Source: a virus (Duplodnaviria > Caudoviricetes). Taken from it: 54,112 nucleotides of DNA. Both the position numbers and the translations under genes were made by a program. The stretch is taken from the IMG/VR virus record IMGVR_UViG_3300035704_000012, positions 1 to 54,112 of that record; one strand, 5' to 3'. Under the pieces are notes generated by a model. That model was not told where the DNA came from and did not search any database. It worked only from the letters and a program-made list of their open reading frames with translations. Positions 45,659-54,112 of this stretch are shown piece by piece (position 1 is the first letter of the stretch; every line of letters starts with the position of its first letter).

Positions 45659-45764
45659 TTAGACAGCGCTTAGACCGCAGTCTAACGGAGTCTAACAGCT
45701 TTTGTCCAGTGCTTGCGCACCTAACTATAGGGCGCTGGACTCACGAGGTTAGACTTCCTTAGAC
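45659..45764. repeat. TTAGAC-repeat element, copy 2 (inverted relative to copy 1)
   Basis: Hexamers at 45659, 45670, 45680, 45690, 45749 and 45759; core CGCACC...GCGCTGGAC. Confidence 0.8.
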
Positions 45765-45972
45765 TCTCGCGGGCACAGGTCGAACCGAGAAGGTCTGCGA
45801 CAGGTACTGCGAGTTGTTGGGATCTTGGTAGCAGGTGCCCATCACCCTCTGCGAGTTCCAGCACCTTCGGCAGTTGCACCAGCAGGAGTGCAGGACGCCT
45901 TGCTCGAACAGGAGGTGCAGGTTGTCGTGTTCCTTCTTGTCGTTGACCGTATAGGTTCCGTGGATTGGCATA

Positions 45973-46341
45973 TCATCTCCCTGTGGATCTGTGCCGTCGG
46001 TACCCGCCAAGAGCCTGACGAGCTTCTTCCTCGAGCATCGTTGGATGCCGAGTCATGTAGTCAATGAGCTCGAGTTCTTCCCGAGCTCGAATGGCCAGAG
46101 CTGAGTGTCGACCAGGAAGGTCGAAGGTCTTCGGTCCCTTCTTGTACTCAGGGATCGTACCGTCGGGGTTGACCTGGACGAGCCAGCGCTCCTCGTAGAA
46201 CTTGCACCTGTTGTTGTCGCAGGCAACGACGAGGACTCTAGCTCCTCGTGGAAGGTGAGGAGGACGCATTGTCTGTACGACCTTGCCAGGGAACAGGCAA
46301 GTTGTACACCTCTGCGTCTCCTCCAGAGTCGTGTCGGGCAC
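45973..46341 (-). CDS. Zn-ribbon hypothetical protein
   Basis: CTTC and CDNNRC motifs. Confidence 0.65.
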   Translation of the reverse strand: MPDTTLEETQRCTTCLFPGKVVQTMRPPHLPRGARVLVVACDNNRCKFYEERWLVQVNPDGTIPEYKKGPKTFDLPGRHSALAIRAREELELIDYMTRHPTMLEEEARQALGGYRRHRSTGR

Positions 46342-46496
46342 TAGGTGACCTTCCGGTACTCCGCCTTGACGACTCCGAACTCGACCTCGTCGCCAGCCTC
46401 GTTGACGTAGCAGATGGAGTCTGTCTCCTGAAGGTCTTCGACGAAGGTCTTAGCGACTTCCTCGTCAGCGACTTCGAGGTGGATGATGGTGCTCAT
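46341..46496 (-). CDS. Small acidic hypothetical protein (51 aa)
   Basis: RBS AAGGAGG; coupled on both sides. Confidence 0.6.
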   Translation of the reverse strand: MSTIIHLEVADEEVAKTFVEDLQETDSICYVNEAGDEVEFGVVKAEYRKVT

Positions 46497-46924
46497 GATG
46501 CCTCCTTCACTTCTGTCATGGCAGCGACCATCTCCTCGACGTCATCGAGACGGTCTCGTAGGTCGCTGACCTGCTGCTGCATCTGCCCGCGCCAGGTGTT
46601 GTCGTGCAGCTTCCTAGCTTGCGTGGCAGTGAACAGTTCTACCGTGGGTTCCTGAAGCAGCTCCCACTTCGACGGCGAAGCACCGCCTCCTCGTGATAGC
46701 TGCTTGACGCAGCCCATCTTGCGAAGGCACTGCATGACGCTGGTGTAGTAAGGGGTGGCAAGACTCAACTTGTTGAACAGCCGAGTCAAGAATCCCTCGT
46801 ACACGAACGCGTGTGTGCCTTCGACTTCGACAGGCTTAGCCTCCAGCTTCATCTGCGCGAACACAGTCAAGCAGTGTTCGTACAGCTTAGGAGGTGCTGA
46901 CTGCTCCTCCTGAAGCGATGTCAT
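46493..46924 (-). CDS. Winged-helix-like protein with coiled-coil tail
   Basis: YYTSVMQCLRKMGCVKQLSRGGG..PSKWEL pattern. Confidence 0.55.
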   Translation of the reverse strand: MTSLQEEQSAPPKLYEHCLTVFAQMKLEAKPVEVEGTHAFVYEGFLTRLFNKLSLATPYYTSVMQCLRKMGCVKQLSRGGGASPSKWELLQEPTVELFTATQARKLHDNTWRGQMQQQVSDLRDRLDDVEEMVAAMTEVKEAS

Positions 46925-47114
46925 CGTCTACCTTCTTCCTAATGCCCTCGAGGATTTGAATCGTCTCCCCGTGGCCGCCTGTCGTCTGGAGAAGGGCTTC
47001 CCAGCTGTCGAAGCCTCTCTCACTTTCTGTGTGCATCGCATGTTCGAAGGACTCGATGTCCATATCGAGCATGTCTCGAAGCACTACTCGTTCCTGCTCG
47101 TTGAGCTGGACCAT
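46887..47114 (-). CDS. Hypothetical protein
   Basis: RBS GAGGGAG; start at MVQLNE. Confidence 0.6.
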   Translation of the reverse strand: MVQLNEQERVVLRDMLDMDIESFEHAMHTESERGFDSWEALLQTTGGHGETIQILEGIRKKVDDDIASGGAVSTS

Positions 47115-47673
47115 GTAATACTCCCTCTGTTGTAAAATGTAAGGGAGGGGCTCCGACACAAGGCCACCATGGGGGGGAAATGGTAAGGAGCCCCTCCCCT
47201 CGTTCAGGACACCAGTGCCTGGTTTGCCTATCGTCCCTTGCTGACATCCACCAACCTCGGACGAATCGACGACGCTCAGCAGCGTTGTCCCTCACGTGAT
47301 GAACAGACAGCGGTGAAAGGGGATAGCAATCGCTCTTCTCCGCCAAGGAGGCCGGGGCATCTCGTCTTCCTCAGCTGCCCAACACCCGATCCGGTGCATA
47401 GATCGCCGCGACTCGCACTGCCTGTTCAAATCTGATAGAGAGCGAATGTGTCTTGCGGCCCATACGCTCCCTACTGCAGCTCCTGGCTCCTCAGGTCGGA
47501 CTCTATACCGAACTTGACCGAAGACTTCTGTACCTTACCTAAGGGTACGTCGAGGCTAGGTAACCTACCAGGATGTCTTAAGTTGTCAAGTGGCTTGTGG
47601 GCGCCAGTACAGAGGAACTGACGCCCTAGTGAGGTCGTGCGGTCTGACCCGCACGACCCCTGAGTGAAGAAGG

Positions 47674-48117
47674 TCACTCGGCCTCGTGGAAGTCACCGTC
47701 CGCACCCTCGGGCTCGGTGGCCTGGGCCTCAGCGACGGCCGGAACCGGCTCGCTGGCCTCGGTCGTGGTCGCGGTGGCCTTCTCGGCGATGCGGGCCTTG
47801 CGCCTGTCCCACCACGCGACGCCCTCGTCCAGGTCGAGTCCCGGCCGGGTGTTGACGTTGCCGTCGGGCCCACCCTTCTGCGGGTACTCGGTGCCGTCCT
47901 CGGCGTAGTGCTTGACGGGGAATGGGTCCGCCTTGCCGGGGTTGTTGACGAAGGTGTAGAACATCTGCGGCTGCGTGGCCTTGGGGGTCTTGCCCAGCTG
48001 GATGAGCTTGTTCTTCAGCTGGATCGGGGTGACCTTCCCCTCGGGCAGCGAGAAGCGGGTGTTCGGGGCTGCCGTCTCGGCCGCCGTGTTCTCGGTTTCG
48101 GTCGCGGTCTCAGCCAT
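47674..48117 (-). CDS. Putative HTH DNA-binding protein, probably highly expressed
   Basis: Own promoter, RBS AGGAGG, very high GC3; TPIQL...PQMFY motif. Confidence 0.65.
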   Translation of the reverse strand: MAETATETENTAAETAAPNTRFSLPEGKVTPIQLKNKLIQLGKTPKATQPQMFYTFVNNPGKADPFPVKHYAEDGTEYPQKGGPDGNVNTRPGLDLDEGVAWWDRRKARIAEKATATTTEASEPVPAVAEAQATEPEGADGDFHEAE

Positions 48118-48153
48118 GATTTTTCCTCCTGATTGATCGGCTGATGTTTTTGT

Positions 48154-48200
48154 TGCTATTCTAATTATATAGCGGCTCCACTAGGAAACACAAGGGTTTT
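48154..48200 (-). promoter_or_regulatory. sigma70-like early promoter
   Basis: Minus strand CCCTTGTGT-18 nt-TATAAT-TAGAATAGCA. Confidence 0.7.
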
Positions 48201-48247
48201 CATTGGGTTATTTTGAGAAATTTCTTGGTCCCTAGTGGAGTCGCCTA

Positions 48248-48460
48248 CTAGCAACTGTCGCAGATGCTCTGCATGTCATTGCCGTACTTGGCGAGCTGTA
48301 CAGCGATGTAGATCGTTCCGATGATGGTCAGCACCGAGAAGATGCAGACTACCCACGCAATGACCGTGCAGGCAATGCTAGTCCGACGCTGGTACTTCAG
48401 CATGGCCACGTCGATCGGGTGGGCCTCGGTGTGCTCTACCGTACCCTGGATGGGCTCCAT
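48248..48460 (-). CDS. Small membrane protein
   Basis: TAATG coupling; one long TM segment. Confidence 0.6.
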   Translation of the reverse strand: MEPIQGTVEHTEAHPIDVAMLKYQRRTSIACTVIAWVVCIFSVLTIIGTIYIAVQLAKYGNDMQSICDSC

Positions 48461-48861
48461 TACTTCTTCTCTCCAGTGGGCTCGCAGACCCACTTCATGA
48501 TGGGCTCTTCGTGAGCAGGAACGGCGTCGACGCTCTTGACGCCGACCTGTACTTGGTGACAGGTCGTCGACGTACTCTTGTCGACGTAGATGCTGTAGCT
48601 GACGCGATCGTTCGGGCCCCACGTTCTGCTGTAGTGGATGTAGTTGCCGTTGTCTTCCTTCTTCCAGCCGTGAGTACCCTCACGGCCCTTGCGTGCCTCG
48701 TTCTCCTCCAGGAAGCAGGCACCACCGATGCCATAGGGAATCGGTAGTTGCGGGTGCTCACGGAGGAAGGTGATCATATCCTCCATCGCTTCGAGCACCT
48801 GCTGGCGAACTTCAGCCTCAGTGTAGGCGAAGTTTACCAAGTCGTCAGGATCGGTAGTCAT
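48460..48861 (-). CDS. Hypothetical protein
   Basis: RBS GAGGAG; TC..VQVG...VPA......W.C motif. Confidence 0.7.
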   Translation of the reverse strand: MTTDPDDLVNFAYTEAEVRQQVLEAMEDMITFLREHPQLPIPYGIGGACFLEENEARKGREGTHGWKKEDNGNYIHYSRTWGPNDRVSYSIYVDKSTSTTCHQVQVGVKSVDAVPAHEEPIMKWVCEPTGEKK

Positions 48862-49112
48862 AAGTTCAGTTCTCCTCGTTGCCACGGCTCTTCTTGTTCC
48901 TTCACACTCTGGATTGCCTTCTCGGCAAAGTATTCCTTCAAGGGTCGAATGCCCAATAGGAACAATGGAATGCCGATCGGTGCACCAATTACGGATCCGA
49001 TCAGCGGGATGGCTACCAGAGTGCAGACGATAGCCAGTACGTACCTACGCGCAAGCGTAGTGTCGAACCGGCTTGAGTGGCTCGAGCCGTCCGGTGTCCC
49101 ATTCGGTACCAT
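48858..49112 (-). CDS. Small membrane protein ending TTA-TGA
   Basis: SVIGAPIGIPLFLLG hydrophobic hairpin. Confidence 0.6.
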   Translation of the reverse strand: MVPNGTPDGSSHSSRFDTTLARRYVLAIVCTLVAIPLIGSVIGAPIGIPLFLLGIRPLKEYFAEKAIQSVKEQEEPWQRGELNL

Positions 49113-49266
49113 CGGGTCCTCTCACCGTGTAGCGGTTGCGAATCCGGGCCCTGTGGATCTCTACCAACTCCACAGGGACTCTCTCGGCCCAGATGCGGTG
49201 TAGGTCGACGAGACTACCAGTAGTCATCGTCGGGTCTATTGCGAGGTATGTCTCGCCTACCTTCAT
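49045..49266 (-). CDS. Hypothetical SH3-like small protein
   Basis: RBS AAGGAGG; MKVGETY...RLEP. Confidence 0.6.
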   Translation of the reverse strand: MKVGETYLAIDPTMTTGSLVDLHRIWAERVPVELVEIHRARIRNRYTVRGPDGTEWDTGRLEPLKPVRHYACA

Positions 49267-49325
49267 GTTGCTCACCTCCTTTCCGCAGGAGCCTGGCCAC
49301 TGACCAGACCCCCACGCACTGGAGG

Positions 49326-49541
49326 TCAGCGCTGCGGTCCCTTCGCGAGGCCGCGGATCTTCTTCCTGTCCTGCACCTGCTTGTAGTAGGGCAGAGCACG
49401 TAGTTCGTCTGCCGACATCAGATGCTTGAGGCCGTAGCGGAAGATGTGGATTACGCCGTCGCGCTTCGTCAGTCCGTTGATCTCGGCGAAGACGGCTATG
49501 TGCTCTTCCTCTTCCGGAGTGACTGTCATTGTCACTCTCAT
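49326..49541 (-). CDS. Ribbon-helix-helix-like protein
   Basis: MRVTMTVTPEE...FAEINGLT pattern. Confidence 0.5.
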   Translation of the reverse strand: MRVTMTVTPEEEEHIAVFAEINGLTKRDGVIHIFRYGLKHLMSADELRALPYYKQVQDRKKIRGLAKGPQR

Positions 49542-49691
49542 GTTCAGGCTCCCTGGTGGCCTGCGCTCGCCGTGGTCTTCTGCTCCACGACAATGTCGAC
49601 CGCTGACTTGAGGTTCAGCAGGTCGTCGACCGACATCTCGTTGCACGCCTGAACGAGTTCCTCGTGGCTGCTATCGGTTGCGTTCGGGTCT

Positions 49692-50024
49692 TCAGTGATC
49701 TTGATCTTCACTGTCCACTTCCTTCATCTTGTAGTAAGCGGTGTCGCCTTCCATCCTGTCGAAGACGACTGTGTACTCCCCTTGGGGGAGGTCCTTGGGT
49801 GCACCTTCGATCACGTGCTTGAGAACCATGATGTCGTCGTTCTCGACAGGTACAACGTGTGTCCTGTTGCACAGGTCTGAGGTCTTTACGATGCCGTGGA
49901 GACCGCACTTGCTGGCGTAGTTCCAGCACTGCATATGTGCACAGTGTTCATTCTGGTAGTGCGCGTGACCGCAATCGAGCTCGTACCGTCCTGTGATGAC
50001 CATTGTCACCTTTCCAGTAGCCAT
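49692..50024 (-). CDS. Cys/His-rich hypothetical protein
   Basis: RBS AAGGAGG; CGH, C..C and C..H motifs. Confidence 0.6.
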   Translation of the reverse strand: MATGKVTMVITGRYELDCGHAHYQNEHCAHMQCWNYASKCGLHGIVKTSDLCNRTHVVPVENDDIMVLKHVIEGAPKDLPQGEYTVVFDRMEGDTAYYKMKEVDSEDQDH

Positions 50025-50088
50025 ATTCACCTCCTTCCTTCAAGGGCCTGCTCGAACTCATACGTACGAGCAGGCCGTTCAGGGAAGG

Positions 50089-50511
50089 TCAGTCTTCGCT
50101 CATGGCGTCACGTGCCATGAAGACGAAGTACCAGAGCTCGCCGAGGCTGGTGTGTAGGAACATCAGATCCTCGTCGGCTTGGTACTTGCTGTTCGACGCG
50201 ACGATGATGGCGATCGACCCTTGCTCTCCGCCTGCCGTGATCTTGTGCACCTCGGCGTACGTGAACCCTGCACGCTCGTAGAGCTCGTACTTGCTGGCGT
50301 CACGTCGCATGCCCGCGATGTGTCCGAGACATGAGTCAACGCACCTGGCCAGCTCGAACTTGGTGAGGACGAATCGCTTGTTCTCGTCCTCGTACGTCTC
50401 CGGCCTGTCGATCTCGGGGTCGACATACAGGCCCGTCCACTGCTGCATACAGATGCCGAGATGTAGCACGAACGCCTTACCCTGACGTTCGATTACCGTT
50501 GTGTTGCACAT
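50089..50511 (-). CDS. Hypothetical protein
   Basis: TGATG coupling. Confidence 0.6.
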   Translation of the reverse strand: MCNTTVIERQGKAFVLHLGICMQQWTGLYVDPEIDRPETYEDENKRFVLTKFELARCVDSCLGHIAGMRRDASKYELYERAGFTYAEVHKITAGGEQGSIAIIVASNSKYQADEDLMFLHTSLGELWYFVFMARDAMSED

Positions 50512-50744
50512 CAGAGGATCAGTCCCAGCCGACGAGCGCGGTACTCGTTCATCCTCGTAATGATGCGGCCGTTGACGCGGAGAATGAACTCCGTGTCCGG
50601 CTGGAAGCTGGCGTTGTCGTCAGCGGAGATGTTCACGTCGAACACCTGCTGCGTAATCGTCTTGCTGGTGACCTCACCGACACGCTGGAAGTCATTGTAC
50701 GGTGTTGCTACCGCCGTCGTGTACGTTCCCTTGCTTGCTACCAT
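50511..50744 (-). CDS. Hypothetical protein
   Basis: RBS AGGAGAAGG. Confidence 0.6.
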   Translation of the reverse strand: MVASKGTYTTAVATPYNDFQRVGEVTSKTITQQVFDVNISADDNASFQPDTEFILRVNGRIITRMNEYRARRLGLIL

Positions 50745-50760
50745 TTCCTTCTCCTAACTG

Positions 50761-51099
50761 CTAGTATGTGCCCCAGACTCGAATGTCCAGCATCAGCTCG
50801 CGCTTGCCGTTGAGGACAACGCCGACGCGAAGCTCCGCCTTCTGCTCTTGCTGTCCGGCTTGTGCGTACTGTCGAGCCTTGTACACCTTCTTGCCGAAGC
50901 GGTCCTTGATTGACGTCCAGCCGACGACATCCTTCAGGTCGCTGATCGCCAGCTCCGGATTCATGCCGTGCGTCTCGTCGGTATAGTTGTCCTGAACGTC
51001 TTGGATTGCCTCTCGTATGAAGCCGAGGATGTCCTCATTGCATACGAGATGTGCACCTTTGAGTGGCTTCAGGTCCTTGTTCGACTTGAACTCTTCCAT
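50761..51099 (-). CDS. Hypothetical protein with a PC4/YdbC-like C-terminus
   Basis: ELRVGVV....LDIRVW motif; RBS AAGGAGG. Confidence 0.55.
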   Translation of the reverse strand: MEEFKSNKDLKPLKGAHLVCNEDILGFIREAIQDVQDNYTDETHGMNPELAISDLKDVVGWTSIKDRFGKKVYKARQYAQAGQQEQKAELRVGVVLNGKRELMLDIRVWGTY

Positions 51100-51151
51100 T
51101 TTGTTACCTCCTTTCCTGACCGACCTCCTTAGAGGCCGATCAGCACTGGAG

Positions 51152-51286
51152 CTAACCATGCATGTACGTCTCGCATGCCTTCTGCAGTTCGTACACGTCT
51201 TCTGCTGTCTCGCCGAAGTGGCACAGATACCCGTCCTCGTTGTGGAGCTCGAGTCCCTCGTCGCCTTCGATGATCTTGAACTTCAT
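51152..51286 (-). CDS. Small hypothetical protein (44 aa)
   Basis: RBS AGGAGG; MKFKIIEGDEG... Confidence 0.6.
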   Translation of the reverse strand: MKFKIIEGDEGLELHNEDGYLCHFGETAEDVYELQKACETYMHG

Positions 51287-51294
51287 GGTTCCTC

Positions 51295-51663
51295 CTACAG
51301 GTGTTGACGTGGAATGTCAGTTTCACACGTGTGACAGTACTCGAATGCCCTATCCCGCGCGAACACGCCCGGATGAATACACTCCACAGGGTCTTCGGTG
51401 TACGAGATGAAGTCGAAGAGCGTGTAGACCAGGCAGTTCGGTCCTTCATCTTGTTCGCCATCGAGCTGCTCGATACCGCAGTCGGTACCTCGAAGGTACG
51501 TGGCGATCTTGCGAACGGCAGCGACTGTCGCTTTCCCGTCGAACTCCTCTTTCGACGCCATAGCGCGGTAAGAACGCGCAACGGCCTCTTCCCATACCGC
51601 GAGTGGCGCTTCGCGGTAAAGCGCCTGATACCTTGCGGCCTCGATGTCGTCACTGTTCGACAT
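51295..51663 (-). CDS. Hypothetical protein with C-terminal Zn motif
   Basis: RBS GAGGAGGAG; CIH...CHTC. Confidence 0.65.
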   Translation of the reverse strand: MSNSDDIEAARYQALYREAPLAVWEEAVARSYRAMASKEEFDGKATVAAVRKIATYLRGTDCGIEQLDGEQDEGPNCLVYTLFDFISYTEDPVECIHPGVFARDRAFEYCHTCETDIPRQHL

Positions 51664-51747
51664 AGCTCCTCCTCTGTTAGGAACTAGGTTTATCTGCTAT
51701 TCTAATTGAATATGGGAACTAGGGGAAAATCTAGATCCCATGCGCGG

Positions 51748-51924
51748 TTATCTTTGGGCTAGCTTGGATATCCAGTCCAAGTAGTCCTCGACACGTACTT
51801 TGTGGAATAGCTGACTTGCCTGTGCGTGTTTGTTGAAGCATCGGAGTCCTGGTCCTGCCCAACAATAACGGCACCTAACGTTAAGTACCCATTCGTTATT
51901 CTTGAGCAGGTTCAGGTCGGTCAT
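51748..51924 (-). CDS. Small zinc-finger protein (58 aa, not in the ORF track)
   Basis: MTDLNLL...CRYCWAGPGLRC...H..R. Confidence 0.55.
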   Translation of the reverse strand: MTDLNLLKNNEWVLNVRCRYCWAGPGLRCFNKHAQASQLFHKVRVEDYLDWISKLAQR

Positions 51925-51925
51925 G

Positions 51926-52222
51926 TCAGCTGGTCTTCTCGAACTCGAAGTCGCCCTCGACGTCCTTCTCGGTCAGGCCGGGAGTGTAGGTCACATCGAT
52001 GTAGCGGCCGTTCTCGTCCTCGCCGAGGGAAGTGTGCGCTCGACCGCCACGCTTCGTGGCCTGGTTGTGAGCCTGAGGCCGCATCGAGCTAGGTTCGATC
52101 TTGAAGTCCTCGCCCTGATGCAGTCTGACTGTCTTTTCGGGGATTAGCCACCGATCCCACGGGTACAGTGACGGCCGACCACGCGTCTCACCAGGCACTT
52201 CGGTTTCGTCTAGGATTCTCAT
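51926..52222 (-). CDS. Hypothetical (putative DNA-binding) protein
   Basis: RBS AAGGAGG; RGRP..YPW motif. Confidence 0.65.
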   Translation of the reverse strand: MRILDETEVPGETRGRPSLYPWDRWLIPEKTVRLHQGEDFKIEPSSMRPQAHNQATKRGGRAHTSLGEDENGRYIDVTYTPGLTEKDVEGDFEFEKTS

Positions 52223-52319
52223 CTATCCTCCTTAGTTATTACGTGATACGTAACGTTATACTGCTTGTTAACTCCTTTTGCTACCCTGGGGGTAGCTCGA
52301 GAGAACCTGTCTGTCTTTT

Positions 52320-52354
52320 AATTATATAAGACGTCAATTAGACTTTACAAGGGT
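52320..52354 (-). promoter_or_regulatory. sigma70-like early promoter
   Basis: Minus strand CCCTTGTAA-18 nt-TATAAT in an AT-rich gap. Confidence 0.6.
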
Positions 52355-52648
52355 AACGATTTACTGGTATTACCCGACGAGCGTTTCGTAAAGCTCCCGA
52401 GGGTCTACAATTCTCATGTAATCGGTTTCAAACTAGCCCAACTGGTAAACTCGCAGTTAGTCCACTCCGTCCATCCCGAAGAACAGTGATCTCTCCTAGG
52501 TATTAGGTCTTTATAGATTGAGAGTATTATATATAAGTAATGTTGAAGACATTGTTGGAGTTTCCTTGTTAAACTCCTTGGTAGTTTCTAAGCTTAAAGC
52601 ACCAGATTGTCGATATGAATTACAGTAGCTACTGTTATCACGACCTTA

Positions 52649-52948
52649 TCACGACCTGCTGTCGGTAGCCTTACCTGTCGGCCAGTCGGTTAGGTTCATG
52701 TCCTTCGGCCAGAGCCAGAGCGTCTCGTTCGAGACAGGTGTCGGATACGCATCGGCCTTCTGGAATCCCGCTTTGTACGTGTCCGGAGTTTGTCCGGACT
52801 GTACTCGTCGCATCCGGTCCGACTGGTGTCGAGTTACTTTCCGTTCGTGACGTTTTGTCGGAGGAGACTCCTGGATGACTCGTTCCATCCGAGTCCACTC
52901 TTCTAGCCACGATGCCGGAAGCTTCCGTGGTCGCTTCCTCTTCTCCAC
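52649..52948 (-). CDS. Basic hypothetical protein
   Basis: RBS AAGGAGG before a GTG start. Confidence 0.55.
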   Translation of the reverse strand: MEKRKRPRKLPASWLEEWTRMERVIQESPPTKRHERKVTRHQSDRMRRVQSGQTPDTYKAGFQKADAYPTPVSNETLWLWPKDMNLTDWPTGKATDSRS

Positions 52949-53008
52949 TAGACCTCCTTAGTCGGTCAGGAAGGACGACCGCGAGCTGCGATCGTCCAAC
53001 CTCATCGA

Positions 53009-53257
53009 CTACTTGTGACAGGTGTTGTACGAGGTCGTCGAGTGATGCGGTGACGAGTAGGCCTCGTACCGGTTGTCCTTCGTCACCCAGTGGAAGTTCG
53101 TGGCCGACTTGCCGGAGTGGTGGTAGCACTTCGCTGAGATCAGCGAGTTCGTCGAAGTGCTCTGGTTCGTGGCCGTAGCGGCCTGTGCCACTAGCGTACC
53201 TCCGACCCCGAAGGCGAGACTTCCAGCTACGACTGCGACAACGATGCCCTTACGCAT
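53009..53257 (-). CDS. Small secreted protein
   Basis: RBS AAGGAG; signal peptide ending in AQA; one Cys pair. Confidence 0.65.
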   Translation of the reverse strand: MRKGIVVAVVAGSLAFGVGGTLVAQAATATNQSTSTNSLISAKCYHHSGKSATNFHWVTKDNRYEAYSSPHHSTTSYNTCHK

Positions 53258-53289
53258 TCGTACTCCTTATTCGGTTTTGTTCGTCGCCT

Positions 53290-53319
53290 CTTGACAACGA
53301 ATAGGATATAGGTACGCTC
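53290..53319 (+). promoter_or_regulatory. Promoter-like inverted-repeat copy, antisense to 53328-53672
   Basis: TTGACA-16 nt-TACGCT. Confidence 0.6.
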
Positions 53320-53327
53320 GAGGTGTT

Positions 53328-53672
53328 CTAGCGGTACTGCTCGGCCATCTTGGCGTAGTCCGCCGTACGGCCGGAGCCGCCGTTCTGCAGCTTCTGCACG
53401 TACGTGTTCAGCCAGCGGACGAAGTCGGCGCCGTCCAACATCACAGGCTCGAGCTTGCCGTTCACGGTGGCGCGAGTGTGGTAGTTGGACTGAACCGCAC
53501 CGTTCTTGGCCGCGTTGTACATCTGCGGACCCGCGATCTCCTTGTCGATCCCGGCCTCTTCGAGGCGGAGGTTGACGATGAAGTGCGCGGCGTACGGCGA
53601 CAGGTCCTCGTAGGTACGCTCGTCGTTCTCGGAGACTTCGACGTTCTCGGTGGTCTCGTTGATCTCGGTCAT
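53328..53672 (-). CDS. Putative HTH DNA-binding protein
   Basis: RBS GAGGAG; high GC3; SPY....N..L...G...I.GPQMYN..KNG pattern. Confidence 0.65.
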   Translation of the reverse strand: MTEINETTENVEVSENDERTYEDLSPYAAHFIVNLRLEEAGIDKEIAGPQMYNAAKNGAVQSNYHTRATVNGKLEPVMLDGADFVRWLNTYVQKLQNGGSGRTADYAKMAEQYR

Positions 53673-53719
53673 GATATGCTCCTCTGTATGTACTGCGTTG
53701 ATACTGATGGTGGTACGAG

Positions 53720-53750
53720 GAGCGTACCTATATCCTATTCGATTGTCAAG
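53720..53750 (-). promoter_or_regulatory. Promoter for the 53672 gene
   Basis: TTGACA-17 nt-TACGCT. Confidence 0.7.
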
Positions 53751-53983
53751 ATGCATAGTACTTGTTAGTACTAGTTAGTACGTATGTAGTATGTACTCTA
53801 TACGTACTAGTACTACTAACAACTACACGTTCCGTTAACTGAACGATACTCGTTACAGTCTGTACATAGATTCGACTTACGTAGTTTATATCCGCCGCTG
53901 AACTTTCGATCTGCTTCAGCATCAGCAGCGTCGGAGTTGAAGTACGACTTACGATCTGATCGTATATGTACGAGATGTTGAGT

Positions 53984-54112
53984 ATTGTTACGACGCTCAG
54001 TTGTTTCGTATTGATTACGAACTGATTCGAGCAATGTATTACTCTTCTCTCAGTAGTAATGTATTTGATTGTCAAGTATCTGTTGTTGTTGTTGATTTTT
54101 TTTTTTTCTTAT
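53984..54112. repeat. Terminal direct repeat, right copy
   Basis: Matches 1-127, with T12 in place of T10. Confidence 0.95.

Noticed and set aside
47340-47470. Possible tRNA (GTTCAAATC)
   Set aside because: Flanks do not form a T-stem or cloverleaf.

Overview
The window looks like a complete or near-complete ~54 kb siphovirus genome, probably infecting an actinomycete. Its first ~127 nt recur at the far end. The + arm (0.3-24.7 kb) holds packaging, head, tail and lysis genes: terminase, portal, an inserted fibre cassette, Mu-like protease/scaffold, major capsid, tail tube, a -1 frameshifted chaperone, tape measure with a transglycosylase domain, minor tail proteins, GH25 endolysin and holins. 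The - arm (24.8-53.7 kb) holds RuvC, a UDG-PolA fusion, a 7-deazaguanine DNA-modification cluster (DpdA/TGT-like, FolE, QueE, QueD, QueC, plus two MazG-like genes and a permuted papain-like enzyme), primase-helicase, SSB, Sak4, Cas4-like exonuclease, SNF2 helicase and many small early genes. I recognised no integrase, tRNA or CRISPR array. Most unusual signals: (1) in-frame TTA codons, absent from every large gene I scanned, sit exactly where a stop codon is expected at four gene junctions (TTA-TG overlaps). (2) A histone-H1-like basic protein carries a protein-level copy of the major capsid N-terminus. (3) Two inverted ~105-bp TTAGAC-repeat elements lie 20 kb apart. (4) Two families of conserved intergenic hairpins, several masking ribosome-binding sites. 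(5) Near-identical convergent promoters flank one gene. (6) Secreted ricin-type lectins are encoded among the early genes. All family calls come from motif recognition by eye, with no database search.
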